Assembly (NCBI GenBank): GCA_965153355.1
Contig: OZ231126.1
Location: 15,872,001-15,936,000, forward strand
Source of the DNA: Flaccisagitta enflata
Lineage: Eukaryota
DNA length: 64,000 nucleotides
Reading direction: 5' to 3'
In this document: positions 61,248 through 64,000 of the stretch, piece after piece
Position numbering within the stretch: the stretch's first letter is position 1
Layout of the letters: each line of letters starts with the position of its first letter
Position numbers and translations under genes: made by a program
Notes under the pieces: model-generated
Database searches by the model: none
Seen by the model: only the letters and a program-made list of their open reading frames with translations
Told to the model about the DNA's origin: nothing

Positions 61248-62759
61248 TTATTCAAGGGGGGGAACGTCCGGATCATCCACGAAGCCCTTGCTGTTCGGTC
61301 TCTCTTCTCCCTTAATCCATCGTGGCACGTCCTTAGCACAGTTCCTTTGATTTTCTTGGTCCTTGAGAATGTTTTTGTAATCGACTATTGGCTTGGTTTC
61401 TGCATTGGGAACTTCCAAGTAGGCCGTGGTTCGTTTGACGTCATCGCCGTAATTGTCGAATCCACCTTTTGACTTGTTCTCCTCTTTGATTTTCTCGATC
61501 GGTTTCTTCTTCGGCGTCTTCTTCTCTGTGAGAAAAAAAGGATGAGAAATTGAAAATGGGATTGAGCAAGAAACTAGAAAGTGAACGATGCTTAGATTGA
61601 CTTCGAGAAAGATTGACTGCTCACTGACAAATTGGCCAACCGCCAATATCCGATAGGCAATGGTGATTAACTGAATGGTTGATTAAATGGTTGGGTAATT
61701 AACTGAATGGTTGATTAAATGGTCGATTTATTAAATGGCCGATTTATTAAATGGTTGATTAAATGGTTGATTAAATGGTTGATTGAATAAATGGTTGATT
61801 GAATAAATGGTTGATTGATTAAATGGTTGATTGATTAAATGGTTGATTGATTAAATGGTTGATTGATTAAATGGTTGATTGATTAAATGGTTGATTGAAT
61901 TAATGGATGATTGATTAAATGGTTGATTGAATTAATGGATGATTGATTTAATGGATGATTGATTTAATGGATGATTGATTTAATGGATGATTGATTAAAT
62001 GGATGATTGATTAAATGGATGATTGATTAAATGGATGATTGATTAAATGGTTGATTGATTAAATGGTTGATTGATTAAATGGTTGATTGATTAAATGGTT
62101 GATTGATTAAATGGTTGATTGATTAAATGGTTGATTGATTAAATGGTTGATTGATTAAATGGTTGATTGATTAAATGGTTGATTGATTAAATGGTCGATT
62201 GATTAAATGGTCGATTGATTAAATGGTCGATTGATTGAATGGTCGATTGATTGAATGGTCGATTGATTGAATGGTTGATTGATTGAATGGTTGATTGATT
62301 GAATGGTTGATTGATTGAATGGTTGATTGATTGAATGGTTGATTGATTGAATGGTTGATTGATTGAATGGTTGATTGATTGAATGGTTGATTGATTGAAT
62401 GGTTGATTGATTGAATGGTTGATTGATTGAATGGTTGATTGATTGAATGGTTTTGTGGTTGATTGTGTTTGTGTGGTTGGTTGATTGATTGAATGGTTGA
62501 TTGAGTAGCAGAACGCTTGACTGATTGAATGGTGGGCTCTTCGCTCGCGACGCAGAAACTGTTGCTTTCGTTTACCTATGAGCTCGTCTGTGATTTTAGG
62601 CATCGTAACCAGGAGATGTCCCGTGACCTGCGACCGTTTGGCGGTGCTACTATCCGGCTTGACTTCCGTGTGAAGACGAAGTTGAAGAATTTTGCCCTTC
62701 AAAGTGACGCGAACGTAGAAAGGTTGCACGTCCACATCCACCAGTGACGTATCCATGTG
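61248..62759 (-). CDS. DNAAF11: Last two exons (62759-62576, 61525-61248) of dynein axonemal assembly factor 11 (LRRC6); no further upstream exon found in the window
   Basis: CS-like domain [55 protein letters not shown] and C-terminal [11 protein letters not shown]. The phase-1 join G+AG keeps the frame. Confidence 0.9.
61665..62530. repeat. 16-bp minisatellite (TTGATTGATT[A/G]AATGG) filling the last DNAAF11 intron
   Basis: Direct reading; variant blocks. Confidence 0.95.
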
Positions 62760-63028
62760 CTGGCAATGGAAAGTTGTACGTAGTCGTGTGCACACGACTC
62801 TATAACCCGCTATGTCCGTCGGTCCGTCGGACCGTACACTTTGCTTTTTTTGGGGCATTTTTAACGTTTTTTGCATTACCGCTCCTGCCCAAACTCTTGG
62901 TTAGGCTTTTTTATTACTGCCCCTGCTCACCCGTTCGCGACTTCGGTATTTGGCCTTGTTTGGTTTCTACCACGAATTATGATGAGTTTTAATTGTGGTG
63001 ATTTTTCCGAGCCAATTGATACAATCTT

Positions 63029-63382
63029 CAGGGGTGTATAAAGTGAATTGGCATTTGATTTTTACCCTCGCTGCGCCCCCCCCCCCCATGGTCTTTGATT
63101 TCCTTCTCCGGCCAGTCGAGGAATGGCTTGATATTACCTAATACTACCCATTTCTACCCCATAAAGCGTGAATATGGTAAAATTTGAGTCAATATAGTAT
63201 TAAATTGTAATATGGTAATCAAATATCACCTTTTTGAAATACCAAAAGTGTCAGATCCGCAATTTTTTTTTTCTTTTCAAGCCTTTGATTTTTTCTCCCA
63301 TCTCCCAGCCCTCTGATTTTATTCTCCTTCCCCTCACGGGAGGGGGGAAGAGGGAAGGAATGTTCAACTACATACACGCCTG
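63029..63382. mobile_element. hAT-type MITE
   Basis: CAGGGGTGTATA ... CATACACGCCTG with the 8-bp TSD ACAATCTT at 63021-63028 and 63383-63390. Confidence 0.85.
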
Positions 63383-64000
63383 ACAATCTTTGATCCATCT
63401 AGTCCCGTCTCTTAAAGGAATAAAAGAAAAGAACTCGGCGTTTTTGGGGCAAAGCGTGAAAATTTGCAAACAGGGTCAGTTTTTCGTGCTGAACAAGACT
63501 AGATGGGGTACACGTCTGATTTTTTAGTGTACCCCATTCAAAAACGCGTTTTTTCTTCAAAAAAATACTTTGAAGAGGCGCTGACGCCAAACCCATCGAC
63601 AGATGACTATAAAATTTTAGGTGAAGAAAAATATGCCTTTTTTCTACTTGCATGCAAAATTTCAGCAAAATCGTTTCAGTAGAAGCGAAGATATTGCCGT
63701 ATAAAGTCTAGGCCTATTTTCAAAAAAAGGGCTATGTTTCAATTTTGGGGTAAAATTGTGTTTTTTTGAGCTGGAAGTCTGAAATTGGTTTCACTCATTT
63801 ATATTACCCTCATTTACCCTAAATACAAAAAAAATTGAAAAAAATCCATGTTTTTTTCATTTTTTGGGCCAAAAAAAAAAACAAAAAATCAACCTTCAAA
63901 ATTTAGGCCTGATTTTCAGAAAGGGCTAGTGCAAGGAAAATATGAAAATCATTGACGCCCACTAAGGGAATCTATTGTCATAAAGTGTACCAACTTATTC

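Overview
Eukaryotic, repeat-rich invertebrate-type animal genomic DNA with GT-AG introns, CpG-rich exons and AT-rich introns and intergenic DNA packed with non-autonomous DNA transposons. Genes were reconstructed by hand from splice sites and reading-frame phase: the 3' part of an unidentified Ser/Thr/acidic protein gene (+, <1-5703); RBBP6/Mpe1 (+, 3 coding exons, about 2471 aa); RSU1 (+, 8 exons, 271 aa); a ZDHHC1/11-like palmitoyltransferase (-, 7 exons, about 555 aa); RSPH14 (-, 8 exons, 343 aa); and the last two exons of DNAAF11/LRRC6 (-). An apparently intact two-ORF I/Jockey-group LINE lies between RBBP6 and RSU1. The rest is nested TA-flanked foldback/MITE elements, hAT MITEs, DINE-1/HINE-like elements carrying satellite arrays, and microsatellites. 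The most interesting signal is that two motile-cilia genes (DNAAF11 then RSPH14) lie head-to-tail only 154 nt apart, with a poly(A) signal followed by a 3' splice acceptor in the gap, which is the layout of a trans-spliced operon. Other highlights are a 2.1-kb near-perfect foldback in the probable RBBP6 3' UTR, a MITE carrying paired RFX X-boxes near the cilia genes, and a CACAGTG-ended palindromic element flanked by outward-pointing telomere-like arrays. Gene identities come from recalled family motifs, not from database searches.
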